A stretch of DNA of 37,169 nucleotides from Rickettsia typhi (GCA_945861605.1 CAMAVG010000001.1:1-37169); one strand, 5' to 3'. Shown: positions 1 to 8,686, counted from the first letter of the stretch. Numbers and translations are program-made. The notes: generated from the letters alone by a model not told the origin.

Positions 1-66
1 ACGAAATGTGAATATTCAATTATTTGTGCGTTTTTTCAAGTGTAATTTTTTTTATTTCCTTTTTTT

Positions 67-94
67 TGTTATAGTGTACTAGTACGCTATAACA
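67..94. repeat. 28-nt near-perfect palindrome just downstream of the PAP2-like gene stop
   Basis: tgttatagtgtactagtacgctataaca has arms that pair throughout apart from one T/G position. No flanking U-tract in terminator orientation exists for the minus-strand gene. Confidence 0.5.
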
Positions 95-98
95 GTTT

Positions 99-689
99 CT
101 AATAATTATAGCTTAACCTAAACATTGCACCCGTGCTGCCGTTTTCAACGGTTGGAATGAACGAAACTTGAAGGTTTTTCTGATTAAAACTTGTTGTCAA
201 AAATTGAGCAGAAAGCACGCCGACTAATCCCCCTGCAAGAACGCCCGCCACTGTGTGTTTTTCGGCTTCAATGCGGGAGTATCCCGTGAAAACTGCGCCT
301 GCGATTGGAAGTGCCGCGTATTTAATTCCATATCTTTTATACATAAACCACGCGTTGGCTGTCGTCCAAGATGCATGACCCGATGGGAAGTTTTTGTCTC
401 CGCCGTTTGGTCTTTCGCCAAGTCTTGTTCCACCAATTGTTACATTGTTGAAAGCATTTTTGCCGGCTTCGGTAACAACTGAAGAGGTTAAAAGGGTGTA
501 ACCAAGTTGTTTTGCACCTTCTTTATCCTTCTTAATTGCAACAGTTGCAACGGAATTTATGACTTCAATATACTGCATTGCGTTGCCGATGTCCTCAATT
601 TGAGTTGTTCCGCCAAACATGTAAGAAGCAAGTGAATTTTGTGAAAGAAACATTGAAATTGCCACTGCGATTATTGAAATTTTTTTCAT
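99..689 (-). CDS. exported PAP2-superfamily phosphatase-like protein
   Basis: 196-aa ORF with a signal peptide (MKKISIIAVAISMFLSQNSLA). PAP2 landmarks are ..GERP.., PSGH and SRIEAEKH. The motif-1 Lys and motif-3 Asp are not evident. The C-terminus ends aromatic (LSYNY). Confidence 0.6.
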   Translation of the reverse strand: MKKISIIAVAISMFLSQNSLASYMFGGTTQIEDIGNAMQYIEVINSVATVAIKKDKEGAKQLGYTLLTSSVVTEAGKNAFNNVTIGGTRLGERPNGGDKNFPSGHASWTTANAWFMYKRYGIKYAALPIAGAVFTGYSRIEAEKHTVAGVLAGGLVGVLSAQFLTTSFNQKNLQVSFIPTVENGSTGAMFRLSYNY

Positions 690-707
690 ATTGTAAAATA
701 AATTAAG

Positions 708-1313
708 CTATTTTTTGTAGAACCTCCAACAAATATACCCAGCAATGAGCAAACAAAAGCCAAGGGCTCCAATTTTAAGAATTGGCATGAGTTCGTGAAC
801 TTTTTGTGAATTCTGCCCAATGAAATAACCAACTGCGGTAAGGATTACCATCCAGATTGCACTTCCAAGAATTGTATAGAGGGAGAACTTCCAGAAACTC
901 ATTTTGACAAACCCCGCAGGAATTGAAATGAAATGACGCACGACGGGAATCAACCTTGCGATGAAGATTGAAATGTTGCCGAATTTTCTGAAAAATGCTT
1001 CCACGCGTTGGAGTTTTGCCTCCGAAAGGAAGAAGTATTTGCCGTATTTTACGATTAAAGGGCGACCGATGATGTATGCTCCAATATAATTTGCAAGCGA
1101 GCCGATGTAACTGCCGAGGACTCCGCAAAAAACCACCATGAAGAAATTCATTTCACCTTTTTGAGCAAGGACGCCGGCTGGAATCATGACGATTTCGCTT
1201 GGAAGCGGTACGAGGCTTGATTCAATTGCCATGCCGAGGATTATCCCGATATAGCCGAATTCTTTGACCAAATTCAAAACATATTCAGAGAGGAATGTGA
1301 TTATGTGTTCCAT
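708..1313 (-). CDS. DedA-family (SNARE-associated/VTT) membrane protein
   Basis: 201-aa multi-TM ORF with a typical DedA N-terminus (GYIGIILGMAIESSLVPLPSEIVMIPAG) and a later RLIPVVRHFISIPAG re-entrant motif. Confidence 0.8.
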   Translation of the reverse strand: MEHIITFLSEYVLNLVKEFGYIGIILGMAIESSLVPLPSEIVMIPAGVLAQKGEMNFFMVVFCGVLGSYIGSLANYIGAYIIGRPLIVKYGKYFFLSEAKLQRVEAFFRKFGNISIFIARLIPVVRHFISIPAGFVKMSFWKFSLYTILGSAIWMVILTAVGYFIGQNSQKVHELMPILKIGALGFCLLIAGYICWRFYKK

Positions 1314-1540
1314 TAATTTATGTATTTACCGTAAAGTTCGTTTGGCATTTCATCGGAGATATCTGCCATAAGCTTTGTTCGCTGTGCTTCAGATTCAAAA
1401 ACTTGGACGGTTATGTCGTCAATATCGCCACCCATTTTTTCGACTTGATCCACGATTTCAAGGAGTTCAGACATGCGTGAGCGATCGTTAAAAAGAACTT
1501 GGATTGAAAGAAAATTGTGTGCTTTAGGATTCCGTTTCAT
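1313..1540 (-). CDS. small acidic hypothetical protein
   Basis: 75-aa ORF packed tightly between ssb (7-nt gap) and dedA (TAATG stop/start overlap). I recognise no motif. An internal Met at residue 23 is an alternative start. Confidence 0.4.
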   Translation of the reverse strand: MKRNPKAHNFLSIQVLFNDRSRMSELLEIVDQVEKMGGDIDDITVQVFESEAQRTKLMADISDEMPNELYGKYIN

Positions 1541-1547
1541 TGGTTTT

Positions 1548-1988
1548 TTAAAATGGGATGTCGTCTTCTATGCCGGATGGGGAATCGTGAGATTCATCGT
1601 ATCCTTGGGAGTATCCGCCTGAAGATGAGCCTTCGCCTTCTTTGCGATTATCAATGATTTCAAGCTTGTTGTTGAAGCCTTGAAGGACGATTTCGGTTGT
1701 GTATTTTTCAATGCCGTCGTTTCCTGTCCATTTTCTGGTTTGAAGAGAGCCTTCGACGAATAATTTCGTGCCTTTTTTTATGTATTTTTCAATAATGCCG
1801 ACGAGTCCGTCCGAAAAAACAACAACCCTGTGCCATTCTGTCTTTTCGCGAGCTTCGCTGGAGTTCTTGTCCTTCCATTTTTCGGATGTCGCGAGGGAGA
1901 ATGTCGCGATTTTTTTACCGTCCTGAGTTGAGCGAATTATTGGATCGCCACCAACATTTCCAAGCAATATAACCTTATTTATTGACAT
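1548..1988 (-). CDS. ssb: single-stranded DNA-binding protein
   Basis: OB-fold N-terminus (INKVILLGNVGGDP...TEWHRVVVF), a Gly/Ser-rich linker and the acidic C-terminal tip DDIPF. I prefer the ATG at 1988 over the TTG at 1997 used by the ORF track. Confidence 0.93.
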   Translation of the reverse strand: MSINKVILLGNVGGDPIIRSTQDGKKIATFSLATSEKWKDKNSSEAREKTEWHRVVVFSDGLVGIIEKYIKKGTKLFVEGSLQTRKWTGNDGIEKYTTEIVLQGFNNKLEIIDNRKEGEGSSSGGYSQGYDESHDSPSGIEDDIPF

Positions 1989-2045
1989 AAAACACAAAAA
2001 TCTTTTTAATTCAAGGGAAACAAGTTTTTATTAAGTCAAGTTTTT

Positions 2046-3131
2046 TTATTTTGTGCGATCAATCTGTTTTTTTACAGAATTCACAATTTTTTTCAATTGC
2101 TCTGTGCCACCAACATAACTAATCATTGATTTTGTGCGCATCCCATGGCGATTGCGTCCAGATCTTAAATTGCTCCAAGTGATTTCAAGATCTAGAGATT
2201 GCCTTTGAATGTCACTCGAAAGCTTTGAAAACAACCTGTTTTTATTGCCTCTTCTACTTTTTAAACCACCGAAATTCTGAGCTTTTATATAAAATGCCAT
2301 AATTTCGTTACAGCTAAGTTTCTTAAATACTTCATTCTTCTGCAGTAAGTGCGTTAAAAGTTTTGTTGCTTTTTGAATATTTGAGTCGTTTCCTTCTGGT
2401 GGTTTGTTATTGTTGGGTTGGGTGTTTACTCCTGTTACCACAACTTTTTTTGGTACAATTTTTAGTTGTGCCCCTTGTGCTGGATTTTGATTGGTTTGTT
2501 GTACTGTTGGCGTTGTGCTGCTTGGTTTGTTGTACTGTTGGCGTTGTGCTGCTTGGTTTGGTTGTTGCTGAAATGTGTTGGTTGTTGTTGGTTGTAGGGT
2601 TGGGTATGCTGATAGGTTTGTGCCTCTTGTTTGTGCCTGTTGTTGTTTGGTGGTTGTTGGTAGGTTTGTTTGTGCCTGTTGTTGGATTCCTGCTTTTGCT
2701 TCTGCTTCTCTCACTACTTGTCCTGCATAACGCATTAAAGCCTTCTCTTTTTGAGCAGCATCCAAGCTATGCAAACCCTTAAGTTCAACAGGTATGTTGG
2801 CGCTTTTTGAAAGCTCTCTCTGAGTAGTACAATCCAAGTAATTACGAACTTGGTCTGCGTAGTCTTTAATCTTTTTATCAAGTGCTGGATCATGTTTAAG
2901 TGCTGGAACAGTTGAATCTTTAAGTTGGTCTAATCTTTTTTGTAGATCATTTATCCCTCTCTTATCAATAAACGGCTGAGCATCTTTGCGCATTTTATTC
3001 AACCAATTAAAAGCTTCTAGAGACCTTTCAGCGTCCGTCAGTGGTATACCCAGTTGTTGCCTCACATTCAAAGTATCTGTCATTGTCTTCCTTAATGCAT
3101 CATCCGTGATACGTTTATTATAATGACCCAT
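2046..3131 (-). CDS. hypothetical protein with a central Q/T/N/P-rich low-complexity region and a basic C-terminal tail
   Basis: 361-aa ORF with no signal peptide or TM segment. It has a structured-looking N-terminal part of about 150 aa, a Q/T/N/P-rich core of about 90 aa and a C-terminal part of about 110 aa ending KKIVNSVKKQIDRTK. The flanks look lower in GC than neighbouring genes. It contains the 31-bp tandem duplication. Confidence 0.6.
   Translation of the reverse strand: MGHYNKRITDDALRKTMTDTLNVRQQLGIPLTDAERSLEAFNWLNKMRKDAQPFIDKRGINDLQKRLDQLKDSTVPALKHDPALDKKIKDYADQVRNYLDCTTQRELSKSANIPVELKGLHSLDAAQKEKALMRYAGQVVREAEAKAGIQQQAQTNLPTTTKQQQAQTRGTNLSAYPTLQPTTTNTFQQQPNQAAQRQQYNKPSSTTPTVQQTNQNPAQGAQLKIVPKKVVVTGVNTQPNNNKPPEGNDSNIQKATKLLTHLLQKNEVFKKLSCNEIMAFYIKAQNFGGLKSRRGNKNRLFSKLSSDIQRQSLDLEITWSNLRSGRNRHGMRTKSMISYVGGTEQLKKIVNSVKKQIDRTK
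2491..2552 (-). repeat. perfect 31-bp direct tandem duplication inside a CDS
   Basis: ttggtttgttgtactgttggcgttgtgctgc occurs at 2491..2521 and again at 2522..2552, followed by a partial third start (ttggtttgg). Confidence 0.95.
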
Positions 3132-3209
3132 AAACCATTTAAAATTATATTCCCATATAAGATAACACGATGTTTAAAATTTTGCAAGTTTTTTTCTAAA
3201 ATTTTATTC

Positions 3210-3238
3210 TTGACTTGTAAAACCCTTAAATCTTAAAT
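3210..3238 (+). promoter_or_regulatory. candidate sigma-70-like promoter of tig
   Basis: TTGACT (3210..3215), a 17-nt spacer and TTAAAT (3233..3238), about 30 nt upstream of the ATG. Confidence 0.3.
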
Positions 3239-3267
3239 GTTTCAGAACAAAAATTTTCATAAACAGT

Positions 3268-4581
3268 ATGTTATACCAAGCAAAATTAAAAGAAGATAAA
3301 GGTCTTGTTAAAATCTTTGAATGTATTATTTCCGGCTTTGAAGTTGGCAAACAAACAGAAGAGGAGCTCAACAAATTAAAAGAAAACGCACACTTGAAAG
3401 GCTTTCGCAAGGGCAAGGCACCAATGTCAGTTATTCAGGAATCATACTTTGGAAAAGTCTATTTTGACATCGTAAACAAGGAGGCAAACAAATGTATTTT
3501 TGAAATCGCAGAAGAAAATAAATTCAATTTGGCGTCGTCTCCTAAAATTGAACTTGATGCTGAATCAAGCCTTCCTGCCGATAGAAACACCGCAAACATC
3601 AGGGATATCACCATCACAATCACATACGAAGTATTTCCTGAAATCCCTGCGTTTGATTTCTCAAAAATCTCAATTGAAAAGGTTTCCGCAAACATTACAG
3701 ATGCCGACCTTTCAGAAGAGCTTTCAAAACTCGCAAAAAACATGGCAACAACTGAACCAAAAACAGAGGGAGCAATCGAAAACGGCGATGTCGCAATCAT
3801 CGATTTCGCAGGATACGAATCCGGAGTTGCCTTCCAAGGCGGAACAGCAAGCGATTATCGTCTTGAAATTGGCTCAAAATCTTTCATTGAAGGCTTTGAA
3901 GAGGGGCTTGTTGGTGCAAAAATTGGCGAAGAGAGAAGTCTTATGCTGAAATTTCCGGAAGCATACCACGCGGAAAACCTTGCCGGAAAACCTGTTGAAT
4001 TCAAAACGACCGTTAAGGAAATCCACAAGTCCGTTCCTGCTGAACTTAACGATGAACTTGCTAAGAAATATGGCTTTGAAACTCTTGATTCTTTGAAAGA
4101 GGACATGAGAAAATCCATTTCCGCAAACTACGAAAACGCGTACAAGGCTCGCCAGAAGGACACTCTTTTCAACCAAATGAAAGAACATCTGAACTTCGAA
4201 GTTCCGGCTTCGGTTGTCGAAAGAATTACAATTGGTGAACAAGTTGCCGATTCCTCAATCAAAGATGCAAGACTCAGCGTGTTCCTTATGCAATACGCGA
4301 AGGAAAAATCTATTTCCGTGACACAAGAAGATTTCTCCATATATGTGGAATCAATCGCGAGAATGTACGGTCAAAGTGCGAAATCTTTGCTTGGATTCTA
4401 CGAAAAAAACGAGCAAATGCGCGAATCAACCATGAACAGCATTTTTGAAAACAAAATTTTCGAAGCACTTTACGACGCAGTTCCAGTTACCGCAAAATCG
4501 GTTTCAAAGGCTGAAATTGAGGAAATTCTGAAGCCTGAACCGCATGTTCACACTGAAGACTGCGATCACTCCGCCGAATAG
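3268..4581 (+). CDS. tig: trigger factor
   Basis: 437 aa with the ribosome-binding signature GFRKGKAP near the N-terminus, a central FKBP-like block (GDVAIIDFAGY...FIEGFEEGLVGAK) and appropriate length. Confidence 0.9.
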   Translation: MLYQAKLKEDKGLVKIFECIISGFEVGKQTEEELNKLKENAHLKGFRKGKAPMSVIQESYFGKVYFDIVNKEANKCIFEIAEENKFNLASSPKIELDAESSLPADRNTANIRDITITITYEVFPEIPAFDFSKISIEKVSANITDADLSEELSKLAKNMATTEPKTEGAIENGDVAIIDFAGYESGVAFQGGTASDYRLEIGSKSFIEGFEEGLVGAKIGEERSLMLKFPEAYHAENLAGKPVEFKTTVKEIHKSVPAELNDELAKKYGFETLDSLKEDMRKSISANYENAYKARQKDTLFNQMKEHLNFEVPASVVERITIGEQVADSSIKDARLSVFLMQYAKEKSISVTQEDFSIYVESIARMYGQSAKSLLGFYEKNEQMRESTMNSIFENKIFEALYDAVPVTAKSVSKAEIEEILKPEPHVHTEDCDHSAE

Positions 4582-4597
4582 TTAAATTTATTTCAAT

Positions 4598-5500
4598 ATG
4601 GACGGCTCACTTTTTGATTTTCCCCCAGAAAAAAAAGCCGAGCCTCCAGTTTCTATCAAAATTGAAAAGAAGGAAATTATTGCAAACGAAAACCTTGCTT
4701 TTCTTTCCCTTTTTAAGGAGGAATTCTCCCATCATTGCTTGCTAATTTCGGATATTTACTCCTTCCAAAACAACAAACTTTTGCTGGAATTCCTTTCGGT
4801 TAGGCATCAGAAATCTGTTCACGAAATGATTGCCCACCCCGATTTCCTCTTCTACGCGGAATTCTCGCAAAGGCAGGTTCCACTTAAGGTTGAGGACGCA
4901 CGCGACATAATTACATTCGCCCAAAACACGGGTTTTTCGGGAACAAAAGTGATTGTTGTGAATAAAATCGAAGAAGCCACGCCAAGTGCGTTGAATTGCT
5001 TGCTCAAAATTATTGAAGAGCCGCCCGCAAACACTTTTTTCTACTTCATTTACTCAAACGAAAAGCGACTCCCAGCGACGATTCGCTCCCGCGGAATAAT
5101 TCTCCACGAGAACATCGCAAATGAGGAAAATTTCCTCAAAATTACGCAATTTTTCGAAGAACAGGCAAATTTTCAAGTTTTTGTTCAATCGGGATACAAT
5201 TTCCACATTTACCGCAGGCTCCTCGCAGTGCAAAATTTTTCGTTTTTTCAAGTCAAGAAAAAGCTTTCCGAGAAACTCGACGAGGAATTCATTGAGCAAA
5301 CTCAGGTTTTTTTGGAAAAAACCCTCAACAAAATGGCAATTTTAGTAAAGAATTTCGAAAAAATGCACGAAATTTATGAAATCACGCAAAGGCTATTATT
5401 TTTGAGGAAATCCGCAGAACAGCTGAACACCAATAAACAACTGGCTTTGATGGAAATCGCCGATAAAATTCACTCAATATTACAGGAATCAAAAGCTTAA
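4598..5500 (+). CDS. holB: DNA polymerase III delta-prime subunit-like protein
   Basis: 300 aa with clamp-loader box motifs ALNCLLKIIEEPP and ATIRSRG (cf. NALLKTLEEPP / TIxSRC). The N-terminal P-loop region is degenerate. Confidence 0.7.
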   Translation: MDGSLFDFPPEKKAEPPVSIKIEKKEIIANENLAFLSLFKEEFSHHCLLISDIYSFQNNKLLLEFLSVRHQKSVHEMIAHPDFLFYAEFSQRQVPLKVEDARDIITFAQNTGFSGTKVIVVNKIEEATPSALNCLLKIIEEPPANTFFYFIYSNEKRLPATIRSRGIILHENIANEENFLKITQFFEEQANFQVFVQSGYNFHIYRRLLAVQNFSFFQVKKKLSEKLDEEFIEQTQVFLEKTLNKMAILVKNFEKMHEIYEITQRLLFLRKSAEQLNTNKQLALMEIADKIHSILQESKA

Positions 5501-5503
5501 TTT

Positions 5504-6400
5504 ATGCACATTTTTCTTCTTTTTTTCTGGATTTTCACCGCAAACGCGGAGGTTTCACGCGACCTCAAAGAACACATTCCTGACGGAATCGTCATAACAA
5601 AAGAGGCTTCAAGCCAAATGCAACTTGATGAAATCCTCGAAAGAATCGCACAAATCACCGCCCAAAGCAAGCTGGACAGCCTCCTTGAAAAAGTCGCATC
5701 AAGCAAAAATGCCATTCAAAAACGCAAAACCAAAATGATAATAATCGACGCAGGGCACGGCGGAAAAGACCCCGGAACGACTGGAATTATGGGCACAATT
5801 GAAAAGGAACTCACGCTTCAATACGCGATTTTACTCGCACAAAACTTGAAATCTCTTGGATACAGCGTGCTTCTTACAAGGCAATCGGACGCATCACTCA
5901 CCCTGATTCAACGCAGAAAATTCGCACAGGATTCCAAAGGCTCGCTCATGATCGCAATCCACGCGGATTCGGCGGAAAACCTTGACGCGCGCGGCATTTC
6001 GTTCTACACGCTCTCGGGCGATGCCTCCGACGATATTGCAAAAATGCTCGCCGAAAGCCACTCAAACGGCGATATAACCTTCAAAACATCGGCAAAAGAT
6101 GAAATGGTGAAATCGGCCTTGATCAACATCGCACAGTCGGCGACGATCTCGCGTTCCGAACATTTCGCACAAATTCTGGTGAATAATTCGGAAAAAAACA
6201 AGCTTTTCGTGATTCCTCGCCCCCACAGAAAGGCGGGTTTTGCGGTATTGAAAATGCCAGATGTGCCTTCGGTGCTGGTGGAACTTGGGTTTTTATCCAG
6301 CCCTGAGGAGGAAATTTTGCTGAGATCGCAGGTGTATCGCAACCAAATTATCGATACAATTGGGCAGTCTATCGATGATTTTTTTGGAGTCAACGAATAA
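5504..6400 (+). CDS. N-acetylmuramoyl-L-alanine amidase (Amidase_3 family)
   Basis: Signal peptide (MHIFLLFFWIFTANA) and the Amidase_3 zinc-site block IIIDAGHGGKDPG ... AIHADS ... VLVELGFLS. Confidence 0.88.
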   Translation: MHIFLLFFWIFTANAEVSRDLKEHIPDGIVITKEASSQMQLDEILERIAQITAQSKLDSLLEKVASSKNAIQKRKTKMIIIDAGHGGKDPGTTGIMGTIEKELTLQYAILLAQNLKSLGYSVLLTRQSDASLTLIQRRKFAQDSKGSLMIAIHADSAENLDARGISFYTLSGDASDDIAKMLAESHSNGDITFKTSAKDEMVKSALINIAQSATISRSEHFAQILVNNSEKNKLFVIPRPHRKAGFAVLKMPDVPSVLVELGFLSSPEEEILLRSQVYRNQIIDTIGQSIDDFFGVNE

Positions 6401-6434
6401 AATTGCTGAGAAAAAACATTTTCCTAGCCGGAAA

Positions 6435-7922
6435 TTAGTTTTTCAACGCCTGAAATGAGAGGATTGGAGTTTTCGCGGCGAGGACATCATCGCACTTTTT
6501 CCTGAACAAATTTCGTGGTGCAGAAAGGACTTCTTGCGGGTTAGTTTTGGAATTTTCCGCAATTTCGAGCATAACGCGAATGAAATCGTCCAGAGTTTCC
6601 TTGGATTCGGTCTCCGTTGGTTCGATAAGCATCGCACCGCTGACAACGAGCGGGAAGAATGTCGTCATTGCGTGAATTCCGTTTTGCAGGAGGTATTTCG
6701 CAACATTTGTCGTGGAAATTCCCGATTCCGCTTTCTGGAGTTTGTCCGAAAATAGGCACTCGTGCATGCAGAATGGGTTGGTTTTTGCGTCAAAATATGG
6801 TGCAAAATAGTGGTTTTTCAGCTTGTGATAAATATAGTTTGCGGAGAGGACGGAATCCTGAGCAACATCTGCGAGGCCGTCCGCCCCTGTTGAAACCATG
6901 TAAGTTAGCGCGCGAACCATCACGAGGAATTGCCCGTAGAAGCCTTTGATTTTCCCAAATGCGAGGGGATCGCTGGAAATTACGCTGAATTTTCCGTCTT
7001 TTTCGACAATTTTTGGTGTTGGCAAATGTGGTGCAAGCTTTTCGCAAACTGCGATTGGTCCACATCCAGGGCCGCCGCCTCCGTGTGGAGTGGAGAAAGT
7101 TTTGTGCAAGTTAAAATGCATGACATCGACGCCAAAATCTGCCGGCTTGACTTTTCCAACGATTGCGTTGAAATTTGCGCCGTCACAGTAAAACATTCCG
7201 CCAATTGAGTGAATTAATTGGGCGATTTTTTTTGCATTTTTTTCAAAAAGCCCGCATGTGCTTGGGTTTGTAAGCATTATTCCGGCGATTTGGTCGCCAT
7301 ATTTTGCGATCGCTTCTTCGACTTGCTCAAGATTCGTGAAGCCGTCTGCGGTGATTTGGATGGATATTATGTTGAAACCGCACATTGCGGCAGTTGCAGG
7401 GTTGGTTCCGTGTGCGGATTCCGGCACGATTATGTATTTTCTTTGCGGTTGGTTTTGTGTTTCGAAGTATTTTTTGATACACATGATTCCGGCAAATTCA
7501 CCGTGAGCACCGGCCGCTGGGGTGAGTGTCACGAATGGTAAACCTGTAAGTTCGGCAAGCCAATTTTCGAGGACTTTCATCATTTTGAAAGCGCCTTGTG
7601 TTGATTTTTCAGATTGAATTGGGTGAAGATTGGCGAATCCGGGAATTCTTGCAACCTTTTCGTTCAATTTTGGATTATATTTCATTGTGCAAGATCCCAG
7701 TGGGTAGAAATTTGCATCAATTGAGTAATTTTGCGTGGAAAGGCGTGTAAAGTGTTTTACGACTTGGGGTTCGGTCATGGTTGGGAGTCCGCAATCTTTG
7801 CGAATTTCTTGACCGATTTTATTTTTTTTGAGGTCAGGCTTGCGAATATCTGCGCCTTGGAAGTCCGCAAAACTGTATTCAAATGAAAGTTTTTCTTCAA
7901 ATGGGATTGTTATTGCGGACAT
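6435..7922 (-). CDS. gcvPB: glycine dehydrogenase (decarboxylating) subunit 2
   Basis: 495 aa with the PLP-lysine region NLHKTFSTPHGGGGPGCGPIAV, diagnostic of the P-protein beta subunit. Confidence 0.92.
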   Translation of the reverse strand: MSAITIPFEEKLSFEYSFADFQGADIRKPDLKKNKIGQEIRKDCGLPTMTEPQVVKHFTRLSTQNYSIDANFYPLGSCTMKYNPKLNEKVARIPGFANLHPIQSEKSTQGAFKMMKVLENWLAELTGLPFVTLTPAAGAHGEFAGIMCIKKYFETQNQPQRKYIIVPESAHGTNPATAAMCGFNIISIQITADGFTNLEQVEEAIAKYGDQIAGIMLTNPSTCGLFEKNAKKIAQLIHSIGGMFYCDGANFNAIVGKVKPADFGVDVMHFNLHKTFSTPHGGGGPGCGPIAVCEKLAPHLPTPKIVEKDGKFSVISSDPLAFGKIKGFYGQFLVMVRALTYMVSTGADGLADVAQDSVLSANYIYHKLKNHYFAPYFDAKTNPFCMHECLFSDKLQKAESGISTTNVAKYLLQNGIHAMTTFFPLVVSGAMLIEPTETESKETLDDFIRVMLEIAENSKTNPQEVLSAPRNLFRKKCDDVLAAKTPILSFQALKN

Positions 7923-7933
7923 AAACTATTTAA

Positions 7934-8686
7934 TTAGTTGATAGGTTTTTTTACATAAGTTGAAATATCAACGCCTGTTGCTTTCATTCCGTCTTGAATT
8001 CCTTTGAGAATTGCTTCGGAGGCAAGGCGAAGGTAGAGATCGGAAGCTTTTGTTGAGTCGTCATTTCCGGGAATTACTAGGTCAACGCCGGCAGGATCGG
8101 TGTTTGTATCAACAACAGCGATGGTACGAATGCCCATTCTGTTTGCTTCCTTGATCGCGATTTGTTCGTGTTGAGCGTCGATTACAAAAATAGCATCAGG
8201 TTTTCCGTTTAATTGACGAATTCCACCGATGTTTTTTTCGAGTTTTTCCATGTTGCGTGTCATTCCCATGAGCTCGTTTTTTGTGTATTTAAGAGAGTCT
8301 TCGCGGATTTTCTTTTCGTAATCTTCAAGGGTTTTGATTGAAGAGAAAATTGTTTTCCAGTTGGTAAGAGTACCGCCGAGCCATCTGTGGTTGATGTAGT
8401 ACTGACCGCATTCGATAGCGTATTTTTTCACAAGTTTTGAACATTGTGGCTTTGTTCCAACGAAGAGGACTTTTTTGTTTTGTCTTCCAAGGTGGTAAAG
8501 TTCTGAAAGTGCACGGTTCAGGTTGTGGTAGGTTTTGATGAGGTCGATTATGTAGATTCCTTCTGATTCGCCGTAAATGTACGGTTTCATTTTAGGGTTC
8601 CAAAACTGTGTTTTGTGACCATAATGCACGGAGGCATCAAATAAGTCCTTTATTTCAAAAGCTGAACTATGTTCTTGTTTTGCCAT
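7934..8686 (-). CDS. rpsB: 30S ribosomal protein S2
   Basis: 250 aa with DLFDASVHYGHKTQFWNPKMKPYIYG and VDTNTDPAGVDLVIPGNDDS, both typical of S2. Confidence 0.96.
   Translation of the reverse strand: MAKQEHSSAFEIKDLFDASVHYGHKTQFWNPKMKPYIYGESEGIYIIDLIKTYHNLNRALSELYHLGRQNKKVLFVGTKPQCSKLVKKYAIECGQYYINHRWLGGTLTNWKTIFSSIKTLEDYEKKIREDSLKYTKNELMGMTRNMEKLEKNIGGIRQLNGKPDAIFVIDAQHEQIAIKEANRMGIRTIAVVDTNTDPAGVDLVIPGNDDSTKASDLYLRLASEAILKGIQDGMKATGVDISTYVKKPIN

Noticed and set aside
2363-2782. 139-aa plus-strand ORF (L/V/C/F-rich) antisense to the Q/T-rich gene
   Set aside because: It is a shadow ORF created by low-complexity GT-rich sequence opposite CAA/ACN codons. It has an implausible composition and no start context. 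The minus-strand frame has structured N- and C-terminal parts.
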